Shown piece by piece: positions 50,740 to 60,707 of a DNA stretch of 64,000 nucleotides. Origin of the DNA: Candidatus Bathyarchaeia archaeon (GTDB taxonomy: Archaea > Thermoproteota > Bathyarchaeia > Bathyarchaeales > Bathycorpusculaceae); the NCBI GenBank assembly GCA_049512075.1, contig JBEKXL010000003.1, positions 128,001-192,000 on the forward strand, written 5' to 3'. How positions within the stretch are numbered: the first letter of the stretch is position 1; each line of letters begins with the position of its first letter. Position numbers and translations under genes: made by a program. Below the pieces are notes generated by a model. It saw only the letters and a program-made list of their open reading frames with translations. It had not been told where the DNA came from and ran no database searches.

Positions 50740-53120
50740 CCGCCAAAGAAGTCCGTGAGCTTCCTAGTTTCTTTTCCACCAGTCTTGGACTTCAAAAGTT
50801 GCTCTTCAGTCACTCCGAAGCTCTCAAGAATTCTCGCCGCCGCAGGCACAACCTGCTTGGACACGTAGTACTCCATGTCAACATCATCGTAAGAAGCAAG
50901 GGTGTAAGGCTTAACCCTCTCGTACAGACGGCCCTTGCCACCGACCACCACGTAGCCTATTTTATCCCCCACCGCTAGTTCCCAGCCCTTCGCCCTGAGC
51001 ATCTTTGCAGCTTCAACATGAGAAGCCCTAACCTCGTACTCCTCGGCAGGCTTGCTCAAAGTTTTCCAGATGACAAGATCACGGTAGGGGACACGCTTCT
51101 GCTGAAGCTCATAGATGAACTGCTGCACAAAATCCACAGCCTTCCTGGGCGATTGCTCCTTCAAAATGATTTCCAACACTTTCTCCTGCACCTTTTTGGC
51201 TACGGTCGCCCAGTCTCCCCGCACAACCTCCATGCCCACAATGTCAAGGCGCCCGTCAGGCAGAAGCCCGGCATAGCGTTTCTTGGCTTCCGTGAAGAAT
51301 ATTCTCACGTAGACCTTGTCCGGCTTTATCTCCAGCCCCAACTTTTTCCCAACGTCCTTTGTAAGTTTTTCAATTCGGTCAGGCTGGTTCTCGATGAATA
51401 TGCTGTCCGTGTCGCCGTAGACTACTTTCAACCCGTCCTTCTCAGCCATTTGAATCGCTGTGAGTATTGTGTGTCTCCCCCAGGCAGCCGCTGCCTCAGC
51501 CACGGGCTTCATGTACCACCTCGCACCCGTCCACCCGGCATAACCATAAGAAGCGTTGGTAATCACCTTCACGGCCTTCTGCCGCGCGTCCAAGACACGG
51601 TACTCAACGCTCTTCGGCTGAAGCTCCTTCATTTTCAGACGAATTTCATCTCGGACGCGGATGAGATAGGAAAGGACCTCTTTGTAGAAGCCAGGAGGCT
51701 CTTTGCGAAACTTGTGATTGACTTCCGGGGTCACGTACACTCCGCCTGGCGGTTCCGTTTCTTTGGGTGATACGTAAGTGTCCGGAGAGAGGTTGTAAGT
51801 GATCATTATGTTCGGGTACATGGACTTGAAGTCTAAGACAGCGATGTTTTCGTGCAATCCTGGCTTAGGCTGGAGGACGAGACCGCCCGCGTACGGCCTG
51901 TAAGGCTGCTCGACTCTCCTGGGCACGAGTTCACCGAGCTTGTGAGTTCGCTTTATAAGAAACCATTCAACCCGGAAGCCTGCTGCTGCCGTCCCGACAT
52001 GGTCTAGGGGCAGACACACAAGATTGGAGAGTTGCATGGCGAAATCCAAGATTGCCTCAGTTATTCCCATGATGCAGCAAGTGTTGTCCATGGAAAACTG
52101 TTTCAGGTTCCCACGCTTCGCTTGGGCGTCCCAGTAGTCTGCGAAGTCTATGTCCTCGACTACAGTGCGGTTTTCAATCTTCATGACGCCAAGATAATCG
52201 GCCAGATTAGCCAGAGTCTTGACTTTGACTTCTGGAAATTCTCCTGCATAATCGGCCAGATCCAGGTTTATCCTACCGTTCAATGACACGTGACCGTAAA
52301 CACTCGCGTGCGGTTCCGTTTTCGCTCGGTCTATGCGCAAATGCAAACCAAGCTTCTTGCACCTTGCCATGAGATACTGCCAGTCCTGTCCATTCACGCC
52401 GTAGCCTACGATAACGTCGGGATCGACGCTTTCCACGTAATTCATGAAGGCCTCCAAGACCGGCTTGTCGTTCCTGCTTTCGTCTGCCAAGAACTGCTTC
52501 TGCTCGTCACGATTCGAAGTGGTTGAAATCATGATGATGGGATTTCTGTCGGGTTTAGGAGAACCCTCCGGGCTGTAGCATATTGTTGAAAAGCCCAACA
52601 CTCGCAACGACGGAGCCTCTACCTTCTCAACGGGCTTCGGGAACGATTTTGCCAAGTAGACCTTGTCTACTCGAACGCCCAGCTTGTTTGCTTCCTCAAT
52701 TGCTTCTATTTCGTGCCATCCACACGGAACAACATCGTTGTCGATAAGATACCGCATAGCAACACGAATGTCATCTTCGAAACAATCTTTTACACCTTCG
52801 AACTCTCGAACCTGCTTTGCACACCTTGTCAGTCCCTCAGCGTTTTTGCAGTGAACCTTCACCGCCTTCACAGGCTTTCCAAAAAGCCTGCGCTCAACAA
52901 TCTCAGGCTTCGCCGCCAAAACGCAAGGGCTCGTGGCAATTCCATCAACAACCTTCGCAGGATCCGCATCATCTGCAACCACTGCATAAAAGTACGGGAC
53001 AAAACGCCTGTCGACAATCAGCACCCTCTTGCCATCGTTGGTTATGCCCCAGAGCCAGATTTCCGAGTATTCATCTTTGACCTCGTAATTGATGTCTAGG
53101 AGCCAAAAAGTGACCTTCAT
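50736..53120 (-). CDS. polB: family B DNA polymerase (PolB3-like)
   Basis: DFKSMYP, KVITNASYGY, YGDTDS, KKRY, C-terminal PIP-like KLTDFF. Confidence 0.96.
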   Translation of the reverse strand: MKVTFWLLDINYEVKDEYSEIWLWGITNDGKRVLIVDRRFVPYFYAVVADDADPAKVVDGIATSPCVLAAKPEIVERRLFGKPVKAVKVHCKNAEGLTRCAKQVREFEGVKDCFEDDIRVAMRYLIDNDVVPCGWHEIEAIEEANKLGVRVDKVYLAKSFPKPVEKVEAPSLRVLGFSTICYSPEGSPKPDRNPIIMISTTSNRDEQKQFLADESRNDKPVLEAFMNYVESVDPDVIVGYGVNGQDWQYLMARCKKLGLHLRIDRAKTEPHASVYGHVSLNGRINLDLADYAGEFPEVKVKTLANLADYLGVMKIENRTVVEDIDFADYWDAQAKRGNLKQFSMDNTCCIMGITEAILDFAMQLSNLVCLPLDHVGTAAAGFRVEWFLIKRTHKLGELVPRRVEQPYRPYAGGLVLQPKPGLHENIAVLDFKSMYPNIMITYNLSPDTYVSPKETEPPGGVYVTPEVNHKFRKEPPGFYKEVLSYLIRVRDEIRLKMKELQPKSVEYRVLDARQKAVKVITNASYGYAGWTGARWYMKPVAEAAAAWGRHTILTAIQMAEKDGLKVVYGDTDSIFIENQPDRIEKLTKDVGKKLGLEIKPDKVYVRIFFTEAKKRYAGLLPDGRLDIVGMEVVRGDWATVAKKVQEKVLEIILKEQSPRKAVDFVQQFIYELQQKRVPYRDLVIWKTLSKPAEEYEVRASHVEAAKMLRAKGWELAVGDKIGYVVVGGKGRLYERVKPYTLASYDDVDMEYYVSKQVVPAAARILESFGVTEEQLLKSKTGGKETRKLTDFFGG

Positions 53121-53345
53121 GACCAGCCCTTCATTTCAAATAATCAATACTGAGCGAACGCAGCTTTTAAAAGCTTCACGCAAGGCAAACTAGAAAAAAC
53201 GTACTTAGCACATAGGGGTTAGCACGCTAATAGACAAAATGGGCCTCAGGAAATCATGAGCTACGTGCCCCAACACGAAGGCTCGAAATTCAACATGAGC
53301 CATTAGCGTTTCTCAATCAACGTTTGCGCTTCTCGAGTTTCTTCA

Positions 53346-55469
53346 TCACTGGTGTTTCTGCAGAAGGTCCACCACTTCGGGGAAGTCTATCCCCAGCGCT
53401 TTTACTTTTTGCAGAGTGGGGACTCCGTTCTTGTTCCATCCTCGTCTTGCGTAGACTGCGTCCTTCAGCTTCTCGTACTCTGCCTCGCGATATTTCCGCA
53501 GCACTGCCATTTTTTCTTCGGTGGACTTGCCAGCTGGGTCGTAGCCGATTTTTTCTTTCAGCTGTTTGTCGTAGCGTTCTGCTCGGCTTTCGTACTCCTC
53601 CTTTGTGACAGGCCCGACTGAACGGTAAGGTAATGCGTCGTACTTTCGCGTGCCGAAACCCATCCTGAGGTTGAAGATGCGTTGGAAGTTGTACACCTTT
53701 TCACTCATGAAGATCATATCTTCAACGGTGACCTTTTTGCCGGTGACAGCTGAGAAGAATCGTGCGTAATTTTCCACGTGTGCCATCACTTTGGCGGGTT
53801 CTTTCGTGTTCTTGTTGTCGACTGGAACAACATCGTTCCATGGGAGCTTACACAATCCGTTAAGGCCGAACCACGTGCGGAACATGGGGAACCAGTGCAG
53901 GTTTTCAGCCTTCTGCTCAAAGGTCGGCATGAGGTTGTGAACCATGTCCAAAAATATCAGCCACGCCTCATCGTGTTGAGGACCTTTCAAAGCAAGCCCA
54001 TAACCGCCCTGCTGCGCGAGCGATTCTTTCGTAACGTACTCAGAGAACTCCAGCCCCTTGGCCTCCATACCGATGTCCTGCAACACCCTCGGGTCAGCGC
54101 CGTATTTCTCTGCGAAAAGCTTCTTCATCCACCTTATGCCCTTGCCAACCACGGTGCCGAAGCCCTCGCCTCTTGCCATCTGGTGTACAAGTTCCAGGGC
54201 TGCCTCTTTGTTTCCAAACCTCAGGTCTAAGCCGCCGGTTGCTTTCTCGTCTATCAAGCCCATCTCGTAACATTCCATGGCGAACGCCGTCGCCGTGCCC
54301 ACCGAAATAGTGTCCAAACCGTACACGTCACAGTAGAAGTTCATCTCAATAACATGGTCAGCGTCGAAGATTCCGCAGCCGCTGCCCACCCCAGCGATTG
54401 TTTCGTACTCCGGACCACTCACGAAGACTTTCTGCCCCCTGTACGGCCCTGTCTTAGGCTCGAAGTCTTTAACGCCGTGAGCGCACGCTAACGCACAGCC
54501 CATCCAGCAACCGTCAAAGCCCTTGTGGAACTTTTTCCTGTAAACTTCCTTGCCCAGTTCTCCAGCCTTTGGGTTGCTGCCGAACCTGAAATTGTTCACG
54601 GGCAGAAGGTCAAAGTCGTTCATTATCGTAACAAGATGCGTCGTTCCAATCGTCGCCATCTCGTTCTGTTTCGCATCGAGGCTTCGAATCTCTTGGCTGT
54701 GAGCTGTGCCCGCCTGCCTAACCATCTCGGCGTCCACAGGACCGTTGGTCTCCACGGATATCCTGCCAGAATACTTCACCACTACAGCTTTCACTCTCTT
54801 GTTGCGCAAGACGGTACCGATTCCGCCTCTTCCCGCCTGCTTAAACCGATGAATCTTCCGCCCAGCATCAAACCATGAAAAGTTCAGGCAGCCGAAAAAC
54901 GTGTGCTCAGCTCCCGGCCCTGACGAGACCACCGAGATGCACTGCCCATTTTCGGGCGCGTACTTCTTGGCCAAAAAGTCTGTGATAAGATGAGCTTCAG
55001 AAGGCAATGAAGACGCATCTTCAACTTGAACCCTGCCCTGATCACCGTCAACGAGTATAACCACTTCAGACTTCGCCCTTCCCTGAATCTCAAGCGCGTC
55101 CCAACCGACAAACTTCAAGTACGGGCCAAAATAGCCGCCCACGTTTGAGTCAATCACGCTGTCGGTCAGCGGGGAGATTGAAACCGCGATGCTCTTTCCG
55201 CTGCCCGGGTAAACCGGAGTACCGCCCAACGGACCGCACGCGATGCACACCTCGTTCTCAGGATCGTCCCATTTGACAATGCAATCCTCTGGCAATGCGT
55301 TCCAAAGCAGCCAAAGGTTGAAGCCGCGGCCACCCGTGAACGTTTCTCTCATCTCTTTGCTGACCGGTTTGCTGGCAACACGCATGTTCGAAAGATCTAT
55401 GTACAATGTTCTGTTGTTGTAGCCCCTCTCAACCTTGCCCAGCTCGTATTTGAACTCGACAATCACCAA
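53346..55469 (-). CDS. aor: tungsten-type aldehyde:ferredoxin oxidoreductase family protein
   Basis: SPLT, AGRGG, CxxCxxxC, EYET, GLDTIS, GLCK; TTG start estimated from SD GGGTG. Confidence 0.9.
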   Translation of the reverse strand: MVIVEFKYELGKVERGYNNRTLYIDLSNMRVASKPVSKEMRETFTGGRGFNLWLLWNALPEDCIVKWDDPENEVCIACGPLGGTPVYPGSGKSIAVSISPLTDSVIDSNVGGYFGPYLKFVGWDALEIQGRAKSEVVILVDGDQGRVQVEDASSLPSEAHLITDFLAKKYAPENGQCISVVSSGPGAEHTFFGCLNFSWFDAGRKIHRFKQAGRGGIGTVLRNKRVKAVVVKYSGRISVETNGPVDAEMVRQAGTAHSQEIRSLDAKQNEMATIGTTHLVTIMNDFDLLPVNNFRFGSNPKAGELGKEVYRKKFHKGFDGCWMGCALACAHGVKDFEPKTGPYRGQKVFVSGPEYETIAGVGSGCGIFDADHVIEMNFYCDVYGLDTISVGTATAFAMECYEMGLIDEKATGGLDLRFGNKEAALELVHQMARGEGFGTVVGKGIRWMKKLFAEKYGADPRVLQDIGMEAKGLEFSEYVTKESLAQQGGYGLALKGPQHDEAWLIFLDMVHNLMPTFEQKAENLHWFPMFRTWFGLNGLCKLPWNDVVPVDNKNTKEPAKVMAHVENYARFFSAVTGKKVTVEDMIFMSEKVYNFQRIFNLRMGFGTRKYDALPYRSVGPVTKEEYESRAERYDKQLKEKIGYDPAGKSTEEKMAVLRKYREAEYEKLKDAVYARRGWNKNGVPTLQKVKALGIDFPEVVDLLQKHQ

Positions 55470-55691
55470 TGTTGACACCCACGCGAATTCAGAACCAGAA
55501 GCTACACAGGACACATTGATAGGTTTTTCGACAGTTTCGGGGAAAACCAAAACATTATAGAAAGCAATTCACGCTTAGAATACCATTTGATTGGCGGGGA
55601 ACACAATTGATTCGCGGGTGATGAATCTATGATTTTAATATCAGAGGCAGACTATGGAATGTCAACTATCTAATGTGCGAGGTCAAGAGTT

Positions 55692-56768
55692 TTGAAGATT
55701 CTGGAGATAAACGTAAAGAAAGGTTTTGCGAAGGTTGTTCCTGAAACGATTGATGATTTTTGGCATTTGTACAACGTTATTTACAGAAACGACAAGGTCT
55801 ACGCTGGTACGACGAGGGAAGTCAAGGTTGATGAGAAGTACGGCAGACCCAAACGGGGGGAAAGAGTTCCTGTTTTTCTCGGAGTCAACGTGGAAGATGT
55901 GGGTTGGGACAAGTTTTTGGGCAGGCTCAGAGTTCACGGCACCATATGCGAGGCGCCGGAAACTGTGCCCACTGGTGCGCATCATACGCTAAACGTCACG
56001 TTGAACACGCCGATTACCATCGTCAAGAAATCTTGGACAAGGCATGAGGTTGAGAGGCTGAAGAGAGCCAGCAGAACCTCCGAAAAACCCATCATCGTGG
56101 TCTCCATAGACGATGAATGCTACCTCATCGCGACGACTGCCCAGTACGGAATCGAAGAAAGAGTTGAGGAGAGAATAAAGCTTCCGGGAAAACATGAAGC
56201 GGAGAAGAGAAGCGAAGCCACAAGCGCGTATTTCAGAAAGGTGCTGAACAGTCTGCGTCATGTGTGGACGCCCGTTCACAGTCCTATAGCAATCATAGGC
56301 GTGGGCTTCGTCAAGAATGATTTTGCGAGGTTTGTGGAAACCGAAGCGCCCGACGTTGCAGCTTCAGTGGCGGACGTGAAAAGCGTCAACAACGGAGGCA
56401 TGGCAGGAATACATGAAGCGCTTCGTTCTGGCGTGCTATTGAAAACCGTGAGAAAGCTGCGAGTCGCCGAAGAAACAGAGCTTGTCGAGGAGATTTTGAA
56501 GAGGCTTGGAAAGAACGAGGCAACAGTGGCCTACGGGTTTGAAGAAGTCAAGCGGGCAGCGGGGCTCGGCGCAGTTGAAAAGGTCGTCTTGACAGACAAG
56601 ATGCTCCGCGAGTCTGATGACGAGAAGCGTCTGCTGATAGAAGAAGTCATGGAAACGGCTGAGCAGAAAGGCGGCACAATAACCGTCGTCAGCACGGAGC
56701 ACGAGGCTGGAACTCAGCTCAGTGGACTCGGCGGCATAGCTGCACTCCTGCGCTTCCCACTGCATTAA
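55692..56768 (+). CDS. pelA: mRNA surveillance protein pelota
   Basis: PETIDDFWHLYNVI, RLRVHG, HHTL, GLGGIAALLRF. Confidence 0.96.
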   Translation: MKILEINVKKGFAKVVPETIDDFWHLYNVIYRNDKVYAGTTREVKVDEKYGRPKRGERVPVFLGVNVEDVGWDKFLGRLRVHGTICEAPETVPTGAHHTLNVTLNTPITIVKKSWTRHEVERLKRASRTSEKPIIVVSIDDECYLIATTAQYGIEERVEERIKLPGKHEAEKRSEATSAYFRKVLNSLRHVWTPVHSPIAIIGVGFVKNDFARFVETEAPDVAASVADVKSVNNGGMAGIHEALRSGVLLKTVRKLRVAEETELVEEILKRLGKNEATVAYGFEEVKRAAGLGAVEKVVLTDKMLRESDDEKRLLIEEVMETAEQKGGTITVVSTEHEAGTQLSGLGGIAALLRFPLH

Positions 56769-56922
56769 GACTCAGGCTGACTATGGTTCAGTTGTCTGCT
56801 GGAAAGGCGAAAAAAACGCCGTTTGGAATCAAAACTGTATTATATTAGGACGTAGGCAAATCAAAACATTAACAGCAATGCCTATATCGTCCGAGCGACA
56901 TTGTATTCTTGAGGAATGAAAA

Positions 56923-58140
56923 ATGAACATGACAGAAAGCAACATCATTGAGCAGTGGGCAAGCAAATATCCTGAAGTCGTCTCGTGGCTTGCTAAACTC
57001 CAAGTCAAGGAGTTGAACGCGCTGAGCCTTTACCACTTCTGTCAGTGGGCAAACAAAAACCCAACTGAACTGCTAGCGTTGAAAAGCAATCCTGCCAGCC
57101 TAGAGATTGAAAAGCTATTAGACGCTTATGTCGCTGCCAAGCTGTCAGACACTAACGCACTCAGGTTCTGGCGGGTCAATGCGGTCAAGAGTTTTTTCAA
57201 ATACTCCTACGTCAGCATAGCAAAAGCAGCGGGCAACATCCAGCTTGTGAAAACTAAAGACTACAACCGATTGTCTAAAGAAGGCTTAAAGCGTCTGTGG
57301 GACAACACCTACAACTTGCGCGATCGTGCGCTAATCACGTTTGTCTGCTCAACTGCCATTGCTAAGGAAACGCTTGGAAGCATCTGTTGGAAGCATTTAC
57401 AAGACGACTGGGAAACCGTTGAGCTGCCTTCTATCAATCTCCCACCTGAGATATTGAAAGGTCACGGCAGAGGCAAATATGCTGGCGTCCGACAAATCAC
57501 GTTTTTGACGCCTGAGAGCAAACGCGACCTGGTCAACTATAAGGTGTGGCTTGAGCAGAAGATTGGTCGCAAGGTCACGGCTGACGATCACATCTGGCTA
57601 GAAACCATGCGCCCTTATCGCCCAGTAAGTTATGATGCTTTAGGTTTTGCAATCTGGCAGTTGTCAAAGCGCACAGGTGTCCCCTTCAGCCTGCATGATG
57701 GCAGACGCTGGGTCACAACCGCGCTAGAGCAGGTTGCCATAAGCCAGAACTGGGCGCGCGTCCTCAGAGGTCGCAAGGTAGCAGGTGCAGAAAGTCCCTA
57801 TTCTCGACCAAACATTGAAGCGTTAAGAGCCAAGTTCAAGGAGGCCGTTGGGTTGTTGGAGTTTACAACTGTGACTGCCACACCGACAGTTCCTAAAGAA
57901 GTCGCCGACAAGTTGGCAGCGTTGGAGCAGGAGCAGACCGAGTTGAAAAGGCGATACGGCATAATGCGCGAGAGGACTAAGGGTTGGAAACAGGTTGCCA
58001 AAAATCGCAATGTTTGCAAGGACAGCAAAAACTGCCAACGGATTGTCAGCGAGGACGAGTTGCCTACGTTGTTGAGTGGTGGATGGCGCGTCGTTACTTG
58101 TCTGTCGTCTGGTAAAGTCGTTGTAAGCAACGAAACATGA
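56923..58140 (+). CDS. tyrosine recombinase/integrase (divergent)
   Basis: N-terminal core-binding domain (FCQW...P.ELL...VKSFF), RDRALI, HDGRR, catalytic Tyr in SPYSRP; C-terminal GW-containing domain. Confidence 0.88.
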   Translation: MNMTESNIIEQWASKYPEVVSWLAKLQVKELNALSLYHFCQWANKNPTELLALKSNPASLEIEKLLDAYVAAKLSDTNALRFWRVNAVKSFFKYSYVSIAKAAGNIQLVKTKDYNRLSKEGLKRLWDNTYNLRDRALITFVCSTAIAKETLGSICWKHLQDDWETVELPSINLPPEILKGHGRGKYAGVRQITFLTPESKRDLVNYKVWLEQKIGRKVTADDHIWLETMRPYRPVSYDALGFAIWQLSKRTGVPFSLHDGRRWVTTALEQVAISQNWARVLRGRKVAGAESPYSRPNIEALRAKFKEAVGLLEFTTVTATPTVPKEVADKLAALEQEQTELKRRYGIMRERTKGWKQVAKNRNVCKDSKNCQRIVSEDELPTLLSGGWRVVTCLSSGKVVVSNET

Positions 58141-58154
58141 TCTCCTTTTTTTGT

Positions 58155-58619
58155 TTAGATTTCAAAGATTTCAGAAGTCGGATGGAAAGGCTTCTTTTCT
58201 CTCTCTTCCTTCTTAGATGTTGTTTGTGGTTTTCGTTTTCTTGCTTTTTTTGTATATCCCCATTGAGCAATAGAGGTTTTCTTGTCGATGTGAAAGACTC
58301 TGAGAACATCTGTTTCAACAGCTTGTGGTTGCTTGCCTCTGACCACTAAAAACTTCTCAGTGTATTCATAGACCTCTCTCATACTGTTTTTCTCGTTGAT
58401 TATGATTTTGCGCTTTACTACTCCTTGACTAACCAATTCTCTGAGATGTTTGCTTAAAGCACCCGAAGACAATTTGGTAAGCGATTTGAGTTCCGACCAA
58501 CTTCTATGTTTCTTTTCATTTTCGTCATAAAATGCACGTATGATCTTTTCCTTTGTCCTCAGTGCCTGCTGTTGTTTTTCCGTGAGTTTGCCTTCACATT
58601 CGGTACCGATTAAAGGCAT
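58155..58619 (-). CDS. winged-helix transcriptional regulator
   Basis: WSELKSLTKLSSGALSKHLRELVSQGVV. Confidence 0.8.
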   Translation of the reverse strand: MPLIGTECEGKLTEKQQQALRTKEKIIRAFYDENEKKHRSWSELKSLTKLSSGALSKHLRELVSQGVVKRKIIINEKNSMREVYEYTEKFLVVRGKQPQAVETDVLRVFHIDKKTSIAQWGYTKKARKRKPQTTSKKEEREKKPFHPTSEIFEI

Positions 58620-58631
58620 TGTTGACCGTCC

Positions 58632-58714
58632 CGTGATAATTTGTTCACGATTGCCTTATGTATAATCATATTCACGTTGTTATTCATAAACATTGCGTGC
58701 GTGAGCAACGTGAA
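58632..58714. promoter_or_regulatory. divergent promoter/operator region
   Basis: CGTGA/TCACG (58632-58649) and TTCACGTTG/CAACGTGAA (58671-58714) inverted repeats between divergent regulators. Confidence 0.5.
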
Positions 58715-58865
58715 GGACAGCACAACAATAACAGTGAAGAAAAAAACTCTTCTTCGTCTCATACTACACTGCCGCAAAAACCAGAGCTATGATAATCTCA
58801 TCAACGTTTTGCTAGACAATGAAGAGGCCGTTGAAAAGGCAGCTAAAGAGGTGCGACAGCAATGA
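58701..58865 (+). CDS. small RHH-like DNA-binding protein
   Basis: TTITVKKKT...L......SYDNLINVLLD pattern. Confidence 0.65.
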   Translation: MSNVKDSTTITVKKKTLLRLILHCRKNQSYDNLINVLLDNEEAVEKAAKEVRQQ

Positions 58866-59179
58866 GCATGGAAAAATGGTTCAGCGGCTTTCCATATACA
58901 GAGAAAACGAAGCATTTGTACCGCGAGTACATGGCGATGTTCTGCGACATCCTCAAGACCACACCGGACGACCTTGCCATCAAAACACCTGAACAGGTCG
59001 TAGAAATCCAAGCAACACTTGCAAACGCTATGAAGAAAATGGGTTTGTCGGAATACACTGTGCATTTGCGGATCCACGCTTTGCGTTCGTTCTGGCGATA
59101 CAATGGCGTAGAGTTGCCCGAAGATATTTTCAACTACAAAGATTGTGTGTGGCTCAAACGGGAGAGGAAACAACAATGA
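58862..59179 (+). CDS. stand-alone integrase N-terminal (SAM-like/core-binding) domain protein
   Basis: TKHLY...FC...TPDDL...TVHLRIHALRSFWRYNG parallels the integrase N-domain. Confidence 0.7.
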   Translation: MSMEKWFSGFPYTEKTKHLYREYMAMFCDILKTTPDDLAIKTPEQVVEIQATLANAMKKMGLSEYTVHLRIHALRSFWRYNGVELPEDIFNYKDCVWLKRERKQQ

Positions 59180-59517
59180 GCGACAACTCAGAGTTTTCAA
59201 CAGAAAAAAGGTCACGTCGAGCCAAGATAGGCCTCCCAGGAACTGTAGAACTGGACGAACAGAAACCTACTGAAACCGATGCCGGCAAAGCAGCACTTAG
59301 GGAACTCATCAGGCAAGCAGCAGAGGACGGAGTAAACGCAGCACGCGCACGCATTACAGAACAACTTCCAACTGCTAAACCGTTAGCCCCTAAACCTGAA
59401 GTCATCGTTGAGCATGGCAGTGAAGTTCTCAAAAACCCTCCAGACACGGCACCTCCAGTCGAGAAGAAGGAAGAGACGCCGTTACATCAATGGATACGGA
59501 AAAAGCGAGGTGATTGA
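59176..59517 (+). CDS. hypothetical protein
   Basis: SD GGAGAGG; ATGA overlap with the previous gene. Confidence 0.7.
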   Translation: MSDNSEFSTEKRSRRAKIGLPGTVELDEQKPTETDAGKAALRELIRQAAEDGVNAARARITEQLPTAKPLAPKPEVIVEHGSEVLKNPPDTAPPVEKKEETPLHQWIRKKRGD

Positions 59518-60407
59518 GAATGGATAAGGAAACTATCAAGGACCTCTTAGAAGGGAAGTTAGTACGAGTAACAATGGTACCAGACAAGTTGACTGACCCG
59601 ATTGACAACTCAATCTTTACACTCAAGGACGTTTTGGAACATGGATATGTGAGTACAGGTGTGCCACTCGCAGTTGAAATAGCAAAAGAAATCGAGAAGC
59701 TCGCGGAATGGCAGACGACATTGCAGCAGAGATTTGATGCTGGCAAAATAGGTATCGACGTTGGCATCTGTCAAAACAAGAGAGTTAACGACCGCTACGA
59801 CGAGTTAGATCGCAATATCCACCACACGACACACACCGCTGAAATCCAAAACGAGAAAACAGGCAAGTTCTTGAAAGCGGAAATCACCATCAGCATTTTA
59901 CCAACTCTACCTGGCTTCTCATATAGCCCTGAGCAGGTTAGGCGATCATTGTCAAAACTGTTGCCATACACCGTAAAGCAGTTGCTGGACAACGGCGAGT
60001 TCAGCCTGTCAGACAAGGATTATTTGGAATACACCCAAGCAGAAGACAGGACAAAATGGCTCGCAGACCACGAGATAAAAGGAGGACAGTTTAATCTCTT
60101 CTGGATGAAGGACGCTGCTCAAGAACTGCCAAACGTTGAACCTGTATTTGCCGACGCAGTTGGCAGATTGCGGATGCTAGCCGTCCCAGAACAGGTTATC
60201 AACGACTTCAAAACTGTGACCTCATTGCTAACGGACGACCTGAAGCAAAACTACTGGCGACATTACAACTCACTGATGCTCGCCATATCTCGCATAGCAC
60301 TGGCCGAGGCAAGGAGAAATCCACTTGACCTCTCAGGCAACAGAGATTTGGCAGCAGAAGCGGACAAAACACTCGGCAAGATGGTCGAGAACCCAAGAGG
60401 TGAGTAA
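59514..60407 (+). CDS. hypothetical protein (297 aa)
   Basis: SD GAGGTGA; long ORF in operon. Confidence 0.8.
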   Translation: MRMDKETIKDLLEGKLVRVTMVPDKLTDPIDNSIFTLKDVLEHGYVSTGVPLAVEIAKEIEKLAEWQTTLQQRFDAGKIGIDVGICQNKRVNDRYDELDRNIHHTTHTAEIQNEKTGKFLKAEITISILPTLPGFSYSPEQVRRSLSKLLPYTVKQLLDNGEFSLSDKDYLEYTQAEDRTKWLADHEIKGGQFNLFWMKDAAQELPNVEPVFADAVGRLRMLAVPEQVINDFKTVTSLLTDDLKQNYWRHYNSLMLAISRIALAEARRNPLDLSGNRDLAAEADKTLGKMVENPRGE

Positions 60408-60707
60408 ATGGCAATAGCGGATTTAAGAGTGTATCTGAGAAGCCTACCGTTCTTTTATCCCAAAACCATGGGATGCAGCGGCATTAACCAAAGCGGTCAG
60501 ATAATGAATGCTGGTTCAGATGAAGTAGACGAAACCGTCTTTGTTGAACTACCTTCAGTTCCTGCTCAAGCTGGTCAAGTGCAAGCTGACTTTGAAAACC
60601 TAAGCGGATCGCCAACTGCAGAAACCGTGAAGAAGTGGCTCAGCAAACATACGCCTCCAATGACAGAAGCGCAACGGACGGCAGCGATAGCAGCGTTCAA
60701 CGTGTAA
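60408..60707 (+). CDS. hypothetical protein (99 aa)
   Basis: SD GAGGTGA; abuts previous stop. Confidence 0.75.
   Translation: MAIADLRVYLRSLPFFYPKTMGCSGINQSGQIMNAGSDEVDETVFVELPSVPAQAGQVQADFENLSGSPTAETVKKWLSKHTPPMTEAQRTAAIAAFNV

Noticed and set aside
53206-53231. CIRCE-like TTAGCAC...GCTAA
   Set aside because: Spacing is one base short, the right arm is degenerate and it is not upstream of the chaperone operon.
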